Assembly: GCA_951406725.2 (NCBI GenBank)
Contig: OX597825.1
Coordinates: forward strand, 10,354,001-10,418,000
Length of the DNA: 64,000 nt
Source of the DNA: Octopus vulgaris
Taxonomy: Eukaryota
Direction of reading: 5' to 3'
Under the pieces are notes generated by a model. The model saw nothing but the letters and a program-made list of their open reading frames with translations. It did no database searches and was not told the DNA's origin. The translations under genes and the position numbers were made by a program. Shown piece by piece: positions 40,431 through 53,463 of this stretch. Each line of letters opens with the position of its first letter. The stretch's first letter is position 1.

Positions 40431-41015
40431 GGTAAAATCACTTCAAATTTAATCAAATCTGAGAGAACATCGCCATTAATTTGCGAATGTCATTTTCTTT
40501 TCTTCCTTCACAAACAATATTTTTATATTCACCATAAAATGTTATTTTTAAAGTGTTCTATGTGCCAAAGGCATCGCTAAGCATTGGTCTTTATCTCAAG
40601 CAAAACAGACGAAATACAAACTGCCAGCTTGGTATGAGATGTATGAAAAATACGTGTAATTAAAATTTTCACTGTAAAGATAATTACAGATATTATTTTG
40701 CAGCGTTCTTAGGAAAGTGGGGGTTTTTTTTGTTTTTTTTTCTCTGAGTTGACCATAATATTGTGAATGGAATTCGGTCAACAGAAAATGGACCCTCTTT
40801 TGGTTTTATGTGTGGAATGTTCCAGTTGTTCGGTCAATGGAACTGTGTAAATATTGTGTACAGTCACTTGTACATTTAGCGCTATCAGAAGCAGAATCAT
40901 TGCGGTTTTATCAAATAGAATTGACTCAAATTGGAAATGCCGTTCAAACAACCTTGACGGTAGAGCTGTGAGAGAGCAGTGCATGCCATCAAAGCGACAT
41001 TGTTATTATTATTAT

Positions 41016-41261
<246 letters not shown>

Positions 41262-41879
41262 TCATTATTATCATTATTATTATTATTACTATGCTAACCA
41301 ACTATATAATAGAATAGGACAGTAAAATAAGTATATACAGATATGTGTGCATTGACTGAGAGATGTTCTAACCAACAATACGAAATATTGAGAATCAGTT
41401 CAATAAGCATGCAGCACAGATATTCTTAACAGACATATCCTTGACGTGACACACCTGAAAGGCCTTACACTCGAAGCTTGGAGCTTATACATTTTCAAAG
41501 ATATCAAAGAACTCTTGTTGACATGAAGCTGACAATCATCAATTAAAAAGAACATTTGCCATATCTTCGAGTCACGAATTCACACAAACATCTTTCTCTA
41601 AGTTTCTTTCTAAACGACAAACAAGCTAAGATCTAACAAAAGCAATTCGAATGGAAAATTTGCCGAAGTTAGATTCTTAATGAAACCTGTAAACGTTGTA
41701 AATGTTGAAAGAAAATAATTCCTTCAAAATCATGAAGAATTTTTGTTTGGTTCCAAAATAAAAGTCCCTAAAAATGGTTTTTTTAATGTTTGTAAATGAA
41801 TCTTAATTTCGTTGAAATATTGAAATTTCCTTAAATACAAACTTTTACAATTTTACAAAGTAAATAAATGTTCAACAGC

Positions 41880-42235
41880 ATTTCGTGCGTCTTTACTTTC
41901 TGAGTTCAAATTTTGCTGAAGTCGGCTTTACCATTCATCCGTTCGGGGTCGATGAAATGGACTGGGGTCGATGAGATAGACTAACCCCATACTCCCAAAA
42001 TTACAAACCTTCTGTCAATAGTAGAAACGATTATTAAGGCAGCAAGCTGACGGAATTGTGAGAAATGCCGAACAAATTACTTGACGTCATTTCGTCCGGC
42101 TTCACGTTCTGAGTTCAAATTTCGCCGATGTCGACTTTGCTTTCATCCTTTCTTGGTCTCAAAATAAATACCAGCTGAGTACTGAATCGATATAATCGAC
42201 TAACCCCTCCCCACATAATTTCAGCCCTTGTGCTT
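41880..42235 (+). mobile_element. Two diverged SINE family B monomers
   Basis: TTCTGAGTTCAAATTT motif at ~41898 and ~42107 with downstream family B sequence. Confidence 0.75.
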
Positions 42236-42269
42236 ATTATATATCATTTTCTTATTATTTGTTACAATA

Positions 42270-42800
42270 ATACATTCCAGATTCTATTATTGCCGCTGGG
42301 ATTCCATTACCAAATCTTTGTGTTACTACGCAGTATAAATTAGTTAATCAATAAATGTAGATCAATCTTTTACCTCGGCATAATTACTTTAAATGCATCA
42401 TTAGCTTGTTTGATCATTATCCTGAGGTGCGAGGGTCGTATTGTAAAATATTGTGTCCTATCTTGTTCATGTTCCATTATAAAAAAAATTATCTTCGAAG
42501 ATTGCAATTTTTGTAACCTAATTTCAAGAGTGTTTCTATCATTCCTTCCCAGTTCCCGTTAGGCTTACCATATTACACATGATTCCACTTCAAAATATCC
42601 TCAATTATTATCATTAAGTTCAACTGTAATTTTATCTTCTAAAAACACACTAAAACTTTCTGCTATTATATCTGTTTATTTCCAACAATTTTCTAACAAT
42701 CATTTAGCCTCGGTTATCCATATGTGTTTTTGCATTGGCACCAAAACTGTAATTATGTTTTGAAATACTTTTAGCAGTGTCTTGAGAAAAAATTACAAAC
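42270..42800 (-). pseudogene. Possible decayed ionotropic receptor (iGluR/IR-like) S1 segment
   Basis: Minus translation YGKPNGNWEGMIETLL, then after a frameshift MEHEQDRTQYFTIRPSHLRIMIK...F..IMP; resembles YG..NG.W.GMI..L...R...DFT.P; many stops. Confidence 0.35.
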
Positions 42801-43544
42801 TTGTATTGTGAATATTATTTTTGCATTAGTTTCTTTACAGCAGATATATCTTTGATCGTCTATGTGTCTTATTTATATAAATATATAAAAGGATCCTCAT
42901 AATTCTAATTAGACTCAAGCTATAAACGTTCTTATTCACTCGGCACACAATGTTATTTCTAGGTTATTGCAATGTATTTTTCACAAAAGCAGCCATATTG
43001 AGAGGATAATGGTAAGAATACTGATTGGATTATCAAAAGAAATTATGTATACGTTTGATTTTTCTAAGTTTCCAGCATAGCATTTATTAATTATACAAGG
43101 AATCGTCTCAGAAGATTTCAGAAATAGTAACATATTTCCCTGAACCTTCACTAAAGTCACATCCACCCAAGAATTACTTAGCCATAAGAACAGTATCTAA
43201 AACGTCCCGGACATTTACATAAGTTTTTATAATCGGGAAAACCGGACGGCTGTAAGGTCAGGAAAGAGGGACGCTTAGCGAAAGAAGAAACAATTCAGTT
43301 AGAGAGGGCTTCAGGTAATGGGACAAGAATGGGAGTCTTATACTACAAAGGAGCTATATTTCTTTAATGTACAAAGGGAACGTAGAAAAATTAAAGAAGT
43401 GATACATATAAGGTTTGATGACATTTTAGTCAGCAAACTCAGCGCTTTACATCAGCGCAATATGGCTGCTTTACAGAAAGATAATTTTAAATAATCTAAG
43501 CATGAAAACTCAGTTGTATATACATGCCAATACATTATTTACTT

Positions 43545-43692
43545 CATTTACATTATTTACATTTGACGGATATTTGTCCTCATCTTGTTTGTTGTTAACA
43601 CAACGTTTCAGCTGATATACTCTCCAGCCTTCATCAGGTGTCTTGGGAAAATTTCGAACCTGAGTTCTCATTCCTAAGGTATTTTTCGATCT
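43545..43692 (-). mobile_element. Hammerhead-bearing (TAA)n-associated element (family Y)
   Basis: Reverse complement of 43965-44120 and 57408-57560. Confidence 0.85.
43597..43642 (-). ncRNA. Minimal type I hammerhead ribozyme motif
   Basis: Minus GACAC-CTGATGA-A-GGCTG-(10 nt)-CAGCT-GAAA-CG-TT-GTGTT; palindromic AACGTT across stem III. Confidence 0.8.
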
Positions 43693-43693
43693 T

Positions 43694-43724
<31 letters not shown>

Positions 43725-43843
43725 TTATTATTCCTTCTTTCTTCAAATTTTCTTCCGTTTCTCACCGAGTGTTTTCCATACACTTAGGGCAGAGGTTATT
43801 ATTATTATTATTATTATTGTTATTATTATTATTAGTAGTATTA

Positions 43844-43887
<44 letters not shown>

Positions 43888-43891
<4 letters not shown>

Positions 43892-43962
43892 TCACTGCCT
43901 GGAATCGAACTCGGAATCTTGGGGTTAGTAGCCCGCGCTCTTAACCATTACGCCATATGCCC
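43888..43962 (-). promoter_or_regulatory. tRNA-derived Pol III promoter-like head
   Basis: Minus GGGCATA-TGGCGTAATGG-TTAAGAGCGCGGGC...GAGTTCGATTCC-AGGCAGTGACC, running straight into (AAT)n. Confidence 0.75.
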
Positions 43963-43964
43963 AA

Positions 43965-44120
43965 TAATAACATCGAAATATACCTTAGGAATGAGAACCC
44001 AGGTTCGAAATTTCCCCCAAGACACCTGATGAAGGCTGGAGAGTATATCATCTGAAACGTTGTGTTAACAATAAACAAGATGAGGACAAAAATACTTCAA
44101 ATGTAAATAAAGTATATAAT
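43965..44120 (+). mobile_element. Family Y element with hammerhead motif at 44021-44066
   Basis: GACAC-CTGATGA-A-GGCTG..CATCT-GAAA-CG-TT-GTGTT (one stem II mismatch). Confidence 0.85.
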
Positions 44121-44224
44121 TCCCCAGCTCTTAAATATAGTACATGCTCAGTAGTTAAGATCATTTTACTATCCTTATTTAATTTAGAAATAAAGATTTG
44201 CATCCACGCTGGCAATATATACAT

Positions 44225-44610
44225 TGGAAGCACTCCGTCGGTTACGACGATGAGGGTTCCGGTTGATCCGAATCAACGGAACAGCCTGCTCATGAAATTA
44301 ACGTGTAAGTGGGTGAGCACTCCACAGACACTCGCACCCTTAACGTAGTTCTCGGGGATATTCAGCGTGACACAGAGAGTGACAAGGCCGGCCCTTTGAA
44401 ATACAGGTACAACAGAAACAGGAAGTAAGAGTGAGAGAAAGTTGTGGTGAAAGAGTACAGCAGGGATCACCACCATCCCCTGCCGGAGCGTCGTGAAGCT
44501 TTTAGGTGTTTTCGCTCAATAAACACTCACAACGCCCCGGTCTGGGAATCGAAACCGCGATCCTATGACCGCGAGTCCGCTGCCCTAACCACTGGGCCAT
44601 TGCGCCTCCA
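44225..44610 (-). mobile_element. Full-length SINE family C with 12-bp TSD
   Basis: Near-identical to 32536-32924; TSD CAATATATACAT at 44213-44224 and 44611-44622. Confidence 0.92.
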
Positions 44611-45060
44611 CAATATATACATATCTAATAATAATCAAACATAAGAGTGAAACTTAATATCGAAAAATGTTAAAATATGCAGTTACTAATCTGAAATATT
44701 ATAAATTGAAGGTTTGGTCTTAGCCGTTTCTGTTTTATGCAGAAACCGGAAAAATCTCTTGCTTGCTTTATTTTGATCGCGACTTTTTTTGCAAATAACA
44801 GACCACCGTGAGATTATAATAATTATCCGATTTCCTCGGGGTATTTATTTCTGCAGTTTCCGATTCTGTATTTCATAAATCTTCCTGCTATCAAACTTGT
44901 TGTTTATTAATTAACTGTGCTGTAGACGAACTAAATGCTGTGCTCCGTTTATTTTTAGAACTTTGTGTTTCGATATTAAACCCCCACCAGGAACCGACTT
45001 TTACCTAATCTGTCAAGCTTCTCTGTTAAAAGAGTCAAGTATTGGAACTAATTTCATCGT

Positions 45061-45469
45061 AGGCGCAGGAGTGGCTGTGTGGTAAGTAGCTTGTTTACCA
45101 ACCACATGGTTCCGGGTTCAGTCCCACTGCGTGGCACCTTGGGCAAGTGTCTTCTACTATAGCCTCGGGCCGACCAAAGCCTTGTGAGTGGATTTGGTAG
45201 ACGGAAACTGAAAGAAGCCCGTCGTATATATGTATATATATATATGCGTGTGGTGTGTATTTGTGTGTCTGTGTTTGTCCCCCTAGCATTGCTTGACAAC
45301 CGATGCTGATGTGTTTATGTCCCCGTTATTTAGCGGTTCGGCAAAAGAGACCGATAGAATAAGTACTGGGCTTACAAAAAAATAAGTCCTAGGGTCGAGT
45401 TGCTCGATTAAAGGCGGTGCTCCAGCATGGCCACATTCAAATGACTGAAACAAGTAAAAGAGTAAAGAG
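45061..45469 (+). mobile_element. Full-length SINE family A
   Basis: AGGCGCAGGAGTGGCTGTGTGG (A box)...GGGTTCAGTCCC (B-box-like), CORE-like CACCTTGGGCAAGTGTCTT, GAGTAAA-type tail; at least nine relatives in the window. Confidence 0.92.
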
Positions 45470-45826
45470 TCTACACCTCTGTGACAAGGCGTGTAACTCT
45501 GAGCCACCTAAGAAATTGTGGTCGTTATTATTTGGTATATACTTTAGAGAGTGAGACAAAGTACATGATACATTTAACTACGGACTTGTACGATCTAAGT
45601 TCAAATCGCACCAAGATCACGCTTGTTCTTCATCATTTGCCTAATATCGGTCATGTATCCCTCGCCATATCGCGGTTCCCTCGCCATATCGCGGTTCCCT
45701 TGCCATATCACGGTTCACCTATTGCGTACCCAGTACATCGCAGTTCACCTAATGCGCACTCAGTACATCATGGATTTTTCTAGCTAATATATCTAAATTT
45801 ATATCGCGGACTCCTCAGTTTATCGC

Positions 45827-46420
45827 AGGTCATCCCATAAGTTCTGTCCGAATTTTGAATGAAGAAAACAAGTGATCAAATGTTATATTTAATTGAAATT
45901 TAATCATCAATGTACTTTCCCTGATTATCTATGGCTTCCTTCCATCTATTTACAAGCTTTTTAATCCCGTCAATGTAAAATTCTTTTGGTTTCAAAGCGA
46001 TGAAAAGTCAGTTTCGACCTCCTCCTGGCTTGCGAAAGTTATGTCCCCCAAATGATTCTGTAAACTACGAAACAAATGGTAGTCTGAAGGAACAAGGTCA
46101 GGAGAATAAGATTGATGAGGAAAATTTTCCCAAGCAAGCTCTTCTATCTTCTGTGATGTGATCTTTGCAGTGTGGAGTCGCACATTGTCCTGATGAAACA
46201 TCACTCCTTTTCGATTCACTAAAGCGGGTCTTTTTTTCATCAAAGCTTGGTTCAAACGCTCTAATTGCTGACAGTAGACTTGAGCATTGATTGTTGCATT
46301 AGGTGGTAATAATTCAAAGTGAATTACTCCTTTGCAATCCCACCAGATAGACAGAAGAACCTTTTTCCTATGAAGTTCCCTTCTCGGTTGTGATTGAGCA
46401 TTTTCCCTTTTAGCAAGCCA
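45827..46420 (-). pseudogene. Mariner (DD34D) transposase 3' half with TIR
   Basis: KKVLLSIWWD.KG....ELL...TINA..YC.QL.RL..., FHQDN.R.H...YSPDL.PSDYHLFRSL; 34 residues between catalytic Asp; TIR-like CAGGTCATCCCATAAGTTCTGTCC. Confidence 0.9.
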
Positions 46421-46691
46421 CTGTGGAACTTGAACTCAGAACGTAAAGAGATGGAATAGATAGCACAAAGCACATTAACGTATCTATCTCACCAATACTC
46501 TAAGGAATCTGCCAATCTCCCGCCGCCCTTTATTAGGTATACATATAGATACTGAGGTATATAGTTGGAATCCTTTATATTTGCAATAAAATCCTCACTG
46601 TGGTTGGCTTTACCTTTCGTCCTTTTGCGGTTGGTAAGTACCAGCTGTGTACTAAGGTCAGTTTAATCAACCATGCATTCCTTAAAATATA

Positions 46692-47205
46692 GGCGGCGAG
46701 CTGGCAGAATCGTTAGTGTGCCGGGCGAAATGCTTAGCGGTATTTCGTCTGTCGCTACGTTCTGAGTTCAAATTCTGCCGAGGTCGACTTTGCCTTTCAT
46801 CCTTTCGGGGTCGATTAAATAAGTACCAGTTACGAACTGGGGTCGATATAATCGACTTAATCCCTGTGTCTCTCCTTGTTTGTACTCTCTGTGTTTAGCC
46901 CCTTGTGGGTAGTAAAGAAACAGGTATTTCGTTTGTCGTTACGTTCTGAGTTCAAATTCCGCCGAGGTCGACTTTGCCTTTCATCCTTTCGGGGGTCGAT
47001 ATAAGAATGGTATGTCACGGCAGAAATGGCTTTGATAATGCGCCAACACGATCAAGGCTGATCAGAAGTCTAAACAAAACAACAACAACAACTATGCAGT
47101 TTCGAGGGAAGGAGTAAGTTGAAAACATCGACCCCAGTATCCAACTGGTACTTTGTCTGTCCTTGTTTGTCCCATCTATGTTTAGCCCCTTGTGTGCAAT
47201 AAAGA
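46692..47205 (+). mobile_element. SINE family B dimer interrupted by a ~148-bp insertion (47006-47153)
   Basis: Family B sequence stops at ~47002 and resumes TGTCTGTCCTTGTTTGTCCC..TATGTTTAGCCCCTTGTG at ~47154. Confidence 0.8.
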
Positions 47206-48519
47206 TATATATGTTAGGTATTACAATTAGGTAATGAAATGGAGACGATTGAGCAGAACTGATAGAATACACTTGATTCTAATTCCAGAGTCTTGGATAA
47301 GAAATAAAGATTTAGTGGCAATAGATTTTCCAATAATTTGGTAGCACCACAACTTTCTGTTTCCATTGTGACGAAAATTGTTTTGTTTTTGTTTTGTTTT
47401 ATTGCTTTTTTTTATTATTATTCTACCAGTCATTCTGGATTCTGCATGTTTTCGGAGATTTCTATAAATCAGCAGCGTTAATGAATACCCTCGCCATGGT
47501 TTACAGTATTAATTGGTTTATATTCGATATATCTACATCAATTAGTTATCATGTAATTACTTCTAATGTGTAATTCACTTGTTCGCTAACATCTATGTAG
47601 ATATTGCCTGTTTTTATACAGTTTGTATAAATTTAGCTCTTAAAATGTTTCTAATTTTTCTGCATCTCACGTTGGAGGCATATATTTACTTAACAGAACA
47701 CTTGACGCTTTCTTTTGCCTGTTTTGTTCCTTTTTTCCTATACCATTTGTTCTGTTCAATATCGTTTCTCCTTCTCTTTAATGCTACAGCTATAATATAT
47801 TGAAGCAGGAATTGTATTGTAGTTATGTTCTACTGTTTCATGATTTTCCTTCTTGATGTGTTCTGTTGTTATCCGCACTTATCTTCTTTTAGTATTTTCT
47901 TTTTAATAATTTCCTATCTGGTTAATTGTATTCAGTTGTTGCTTTTAAATATATCTTTCTCTACGTTTCGACGATTTTACTCTATTTTTTGTACATGCGT
48001 ACTGAGAATATTTTATCACCAGATTTGTTAAAGCAATACTCTGATATTATTGCTTGATAGATTAAGGGAAGGCTTTTACGAATCCTAATTACTTGGTTCT
48101 GGTCCTTTGATGCATTTCTGCTTCACAAGGCTTCTGTTATTCTTTTGATTAAGTAACACACCATGTGTTTTTATATCCAACGACGGGAAATTTATATCGA
48201 TAATACATCTGCTGGAATAAGATAAATCTGCTTCAAATCATTCCCTAACGTATTAAAACGCGAAGAGGACACACTGAATTATGCGGTCTTAGATATAGTC
48301 GGAAAATAAAAATGGTATGTCACGGCAGAAATGGCTTTGATAATGAGCCAACACGATCAAGGCTGATCAGAAGTCTAAACAAAACAACAACAACAACTAT
48401 GCAGTTTCGGGGGAAGGGGTGAGTCGATTACATCGACCTCAGTATTCAACTGGTACTTATTTTATTGACATCGAAAGGATGAAAAGCAAATTCTACCTTG
48501 GTGATATATTCTTTTCTAC

Positions 48520-48915
48520 TCTAGGCACAAGGCCCGAAATTTTGTGGGAGGGGGCCAGTCGATTAGATCGACCCAAGTACGCAACTGGTACTTAATTTAT
48601 CGACTCCTGAAGGATGAAAGGCAAAGTCGACCTCAGTGGAATTTGAACTCACAACGTTAAGACAGACGAAATACCTGTTTCTATTTCTTTACTACCCACA
48701 AGGGGCTAAGCACAGAGAGGACAAACAAGGACAGACAAACGGATTAAGTCGATTATATCAACCCCAGTGCGTAACTGGTACTTATTTAATCGACCCCGAA
48801 AGGATGGAAGGCAAAGTCGACCTCGGCGGAATTTGAACTCAGAACGTAACGGCAGACGAAATACCGCTTTGCATTTCGCCCGACGTGCTAACGATTCTAC
48901 CAGCTTCGCCGCCTT
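48520..48915 (-). mobile_element. SINE family B dimer
   Basis: Reverse complement of the first and last units of 29530-30131. Confidence 0.88.
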
Positions 48916-49839
48916 ACCTTGGTGATATATTGAATAACGTCGTTCTTGAAAAAAGTATATGTGGTATTTCAAAAAGCAGTGTTGTAGCGGTTGAAGCACC
49001 CGGGTCTAAGTAGCAAACTCACTGTTGTTTTCTCCGTTGGTTTAAGCCACTTTCTTCAATTATTTCCATTTCTAGTTTTCGCTTCCAAATCCAAGGAATC
49101 ACATTGCCATCAAATCAACTCGAATGTCTCTACTTGGTCAAAATCTCATAGAAAAAAAATCAACCAAATCTTCTCAAATCAAGAACATAACGTCTTAAAT
49201 AAAACAGGGAGGTCGTGATAAAGAATGCACAGGTAAAAAAAAAAAAGTTCTTCCCAGAGAAAGAAATTCAGGATAGTCATGGTTGGAACGCTTATCTTTT
49301 TATATCATCAAACCTGATCAACAGCTTCGTACATTAACTACTCTGTAGCAAATTTTATAATTTCATTAATTAAGTCTCATCGACCTTCAAATGTCCAGAA
49401 ATTTTCCAACTGACAAACTTCACTATCTTTGATAGGCGACGAAAACAACATGGGATCGATGAAGGCAAGAGGAGTAAACAAACAATAAATTCTGTTATAA
49501 TTACCAGTTCCTCGGCTGATATAAAACCATCAGTTATAATCTTTTAACGATTAATTTTGATCAAATATAATTTGCGAGATTATAAGATTTTTCAGTCGCA
49601 CCTGGCTACGATGCAGAACTTCTTTTGGTTTTGTTGTTATTTTATATTTTGTATTTTGTTGTTGCTGTTTGTTTTTATTACTGCTTCGTTAACTCTTCAT
49701 GTATTTCTAGTTGATACAGAAAGATAATTACATTTTCTGTAACAAAATTAGTAATATTTTCTTCTCACTTTAAGAAACAGTTTTATGTCCGTCCGCTTCA
49801 CGTTTTATTATTGTTGTTGACTACTTTTTTATAAGCATC

Positions 49840-50298
49840 CTATCGCCACCTAAATGTGTGAAGCCATATCGTTTGACCTGCACAAAATGCAGAAGAGCAG
49901 ATGCTGCTGCTGTGCTGTTGCTGTTGCTGTTGAGCGAAGCGGTCTTCGTCCCAGGGCTCGCAGTGGGAGAAGTCCGAATCGAGGTCCTTTGCTATTCGTA
50001 AGACCCGCAGAAGAGAGAACAGCTCAACCCCCGACACCGAGAGCATCGACGGATGGATGAATGCGCATCCAGGTTCAGCGGTTGCGTAGGAAGTCGGGGA
50101 CAAGAAACAGGAAGAAAGAGTGAGAGAAAGTTGGAGCGAAAGAGTACAACAGGGGTCGCCACCACCTCCTGCAGCAGCCACGTGGGGCTGTAGGTGTTTT
50201 CGCTCCATAAACACACACAACGCCCGGTCTGGGAATCGAAACTGCGATCCTCCGACCGCGAGTCCACTGCCCTAACCACTGGGCCATTGCGCCTCCAC
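49840..50298 (-). mobile_element. SINE family C head (H2) with a longer distinct tail
   Basis: Head matches 44225-44610 down to ~50100, then a different GC-rich tail ending in (CAG/CAA) repeats. Confidence 0.8.
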
Positions 50299-50399
50299 AG
50301 ATGCTGCAGCCCGGTAAGACGTGATCTGGGACAAAGCACGACAGCCAGGCAGTAGCAGATGACAAAAGCGATGTAAGCATTCGCTAGCCCTGCTTTATT

Positions 50400-51510
50400 T
50401 TTCAGATGCAGCCTCTTCCTGTGTGAGCCTGGCCACCTAGCTCGTCACCTTGTCCTGGACCAACATAGACTCCGAGCAATTTAATTGGCACCTTTTCAGC
50501 ACTCTACTATGTTGTTGGAAGACATGGACCTGCCTTTCCATTTGACAAGCCGCAGGGCCACTCACTTTTCATTTTGTTTCTTTCACAACGTCGTAGTCCC
50601 GTGGAGCTGTACCGATCGCTTCGATGTGTCTGATGTCCGACAATATGTGATTAATTATCTGAGATCTTATCAAAGTTTTGCTTCTTTTAATCTTATCCTA
50701 TTCCTTCAGCTCAATAGTTTCGTTCTACTTGAATCTTTGTTAAGTCTGATGTCCGACAATATGACTGATATTTCGCATGCTAGCATGCGCGAGATACTCC
50801 TCAACGTCTTCTTGCAATGGTAGCTAAAAAATCAGCACATACAGAAGTGACGAATGGTGACAGACTTGACGGACCCAACGCTTAATGCTGAATAGTTCCG
50901 ATAGGTGGTCGTTCATCCTAACCATCCAGCACTTGTCGCTATATATTACGGCAATACAACCGCGGAAGTCGGAACCGAAACTCCATTGTATAAGATCGAA
51001 GTTGTCATGGATTGACCTGGTTCAAAATGGCGCATGTTTGCGCATCACCTGTAGAAAAATCGAATACAAGAGCCATCTTCCTTCGCTGCACCTTGCCTAA
51101 AATTTTGAAATCTGCATTTAAGAGAGATAGCCTTCAAAAATTATCAATGTGATCACCTTCTTGAATCCCTTCTCAGCAGTGCCACCGTTTCTCGACTCAC
51201 AGAAGTGGGAATTCTCTTGTTCTACAGTCTGTTGCGGCAGATACCAGCCAGGAGATACCGAAACAAGTTTCGTGTATAAAAGTGAAGCTTGCAGCGTAAA
51301 CCATCATAATCAGACGATTCACCATGCGTGCAGCCAACAATCGCTTCCCGTATTTCTGCGCTGGTTATCGACTTTTCGCAGCACACCCAGCTCCTGTCGA
51401 GAGTCACAATCCACCGAAGAGCAGCTGTAAAGTTGTACACGTTTGTTTGTGATTGAGTAACATGCACCCATTATGACCTACCAAGACTGAAGTGTGACTT
51501 CGTTGCGACG
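50400..51510 (-). pseudogene. L1/Tx1-clade reverse transcriptase fossil
   Basis: Minus translation LNADFKILGKV...AQTCAI..RSIHDN and later ALRLVKWKGRSM...PIKLLGVYVGP; frameshifted. Confidence 0.7.
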
Positions 51511-52192
51511 TTGCGAATCTGCCACTCGGATCGAACGACTTTTGTCTTCTACTGGCTTAAAGCACATACCTTAGCTGTGACAATTCAGTTTTCTTGATTT
51601 AAGCAATTGGATGAGAGCTAATCTCGCCGTGAGTACGTCCGTTGCAATGCCTTTACTGAACGCCTTTTTTTTAAGTATCTAAGTCACTCTGTTTTTTCTA
51701 CCGTTACAATCTTACTAAACCTGATCGATTCTATTTTAATTGCTCTTTTCTCTACTATTATTTGTTATTCACGATCCCCCTCATGAACTCAACTAATTCT
51801 GAAGTGTTCGGCGAGCCGGGAGCGACGCGTTCTGCTCCCTTGCTTCTTCACCGCTTTAATACCAACCAACTCACTCTTGCTTATGGATACACTTGGATTT
51901 GTAAAATCTAACCATTTACAACTGTTGTGGTTAATTGTCTCGGTGTAAAGATTTCCGCTAAGTTACGAGGACTGCGGCCATACGGGAGCACTGCCCTGAA
52001 GGGTTTTAATCAAACAAATCGACCTCAGGACCTATTTCTTAAGCTTAGCACTTGTTCTATTACCGAATCGCTAAGTTACGGAGACGTTAAGCGATGATGA
52101 GGGACAACCATAGAACAACCATAGACTCAAAGACGCACATAGAGGCACACCCATATATATATATATATATATATATGAGAACAAAATGTATG

Positions 52193-52232
<40 letters not shown>

Positions 52233-52447
52233 CGGCCTACGTACACTTTGTTCTCTTATATATATTGCTCCAATCTGGCCAGCCCCAAGGAGAAACTAAG
52301 CTAAGAGCATTAGATTCCTTGGAAAAAAAGCTTCGTACACGAAACAATGACGGAAAAACGGACGATTTTACACGAATATAATACAAAAATAATACAAAAA
52401 AAAACAATAATAATAATAATAACAGGACATAGCAACAAGCGTATATA

Positions 52448-52624
<177 letters not shown>

Positions 52625-52802
52625 AATGTGTTATCTATAAAAATATCTTCAGCTCAATCATTGTTATATATTTATCGAAGTTAAGTAAATAAATTTAGTT
52701 CAAGAAGCGGAAAATGAATAAAATATGGCATGTGTAAATGGAAGTATATTTTGATGGAGAACTTTTACATTTATGAAAAGAAAATAAAGAACGGGAGAAC
52801 AA

Positions 52803-52842
<40 letters not shown>

Positions 52843-53050
52843 ATAAAAGAAAGGAGGAGGGGAGAGAAGTAGCTCGCTTTGATTGAGCCCAACTTGTTTA
52901 GTGACAATTAAATTTAGGTTTACTGCTTATGATATAAATGATTTCATTCAAAAATTTAGATAACAGAGTAGCTAGGAGCTATTTTTGTATTCTGGAGCAA
53001 TAATTAGTTGAGGAGTACAACACACCTACATACACATGCACATGCACGTT

Positions 53051-53107
<57 letters not shown>

Positions 53108-53292
53108 GTATACACATATATATGTATGTATATATATGTATGTATGTGTATATATGCATATATATACACATGTATATATATATATGCATATACATATGTT
53201 ATATGAAAAATATATTATATATATATATATTATTTAATATTATATATATAATAATATGCATGTATATACTTTTGTAACGAACTATCACATCT

Positions 53293-53351
<59 letters not shown>

Positions 53352-53372
53352 CATATACATACATACATACAT

Positions 53373-53403
<31 letters not shown>

Positions 53404-53463
53404 TACATAAGGACGTGATTGCTGTTCGTTACGAAAATAGAGACAAAATGTAGAGCTTGATAC

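Noticed and set aside
43888-43962. Functional tRNA gene (also 12101-12178 and the SINE heads)
   Set aside because: A/B boxes are present but acceptor and anticodon stems pair poorly, so they are treated as tRNA-derived promoters.
45655-45775. Short 19-bp and ~30-bp tandem duplications
   Set aside because: Ordinary slippage-type repeats with no further structure; likewise 19788-19870 and 60167-60233.
47400-48250. Long non-repetitive T-rich stretch as a coding remnant
   Set aside because: No recognisable protein motif on either strand by eye.
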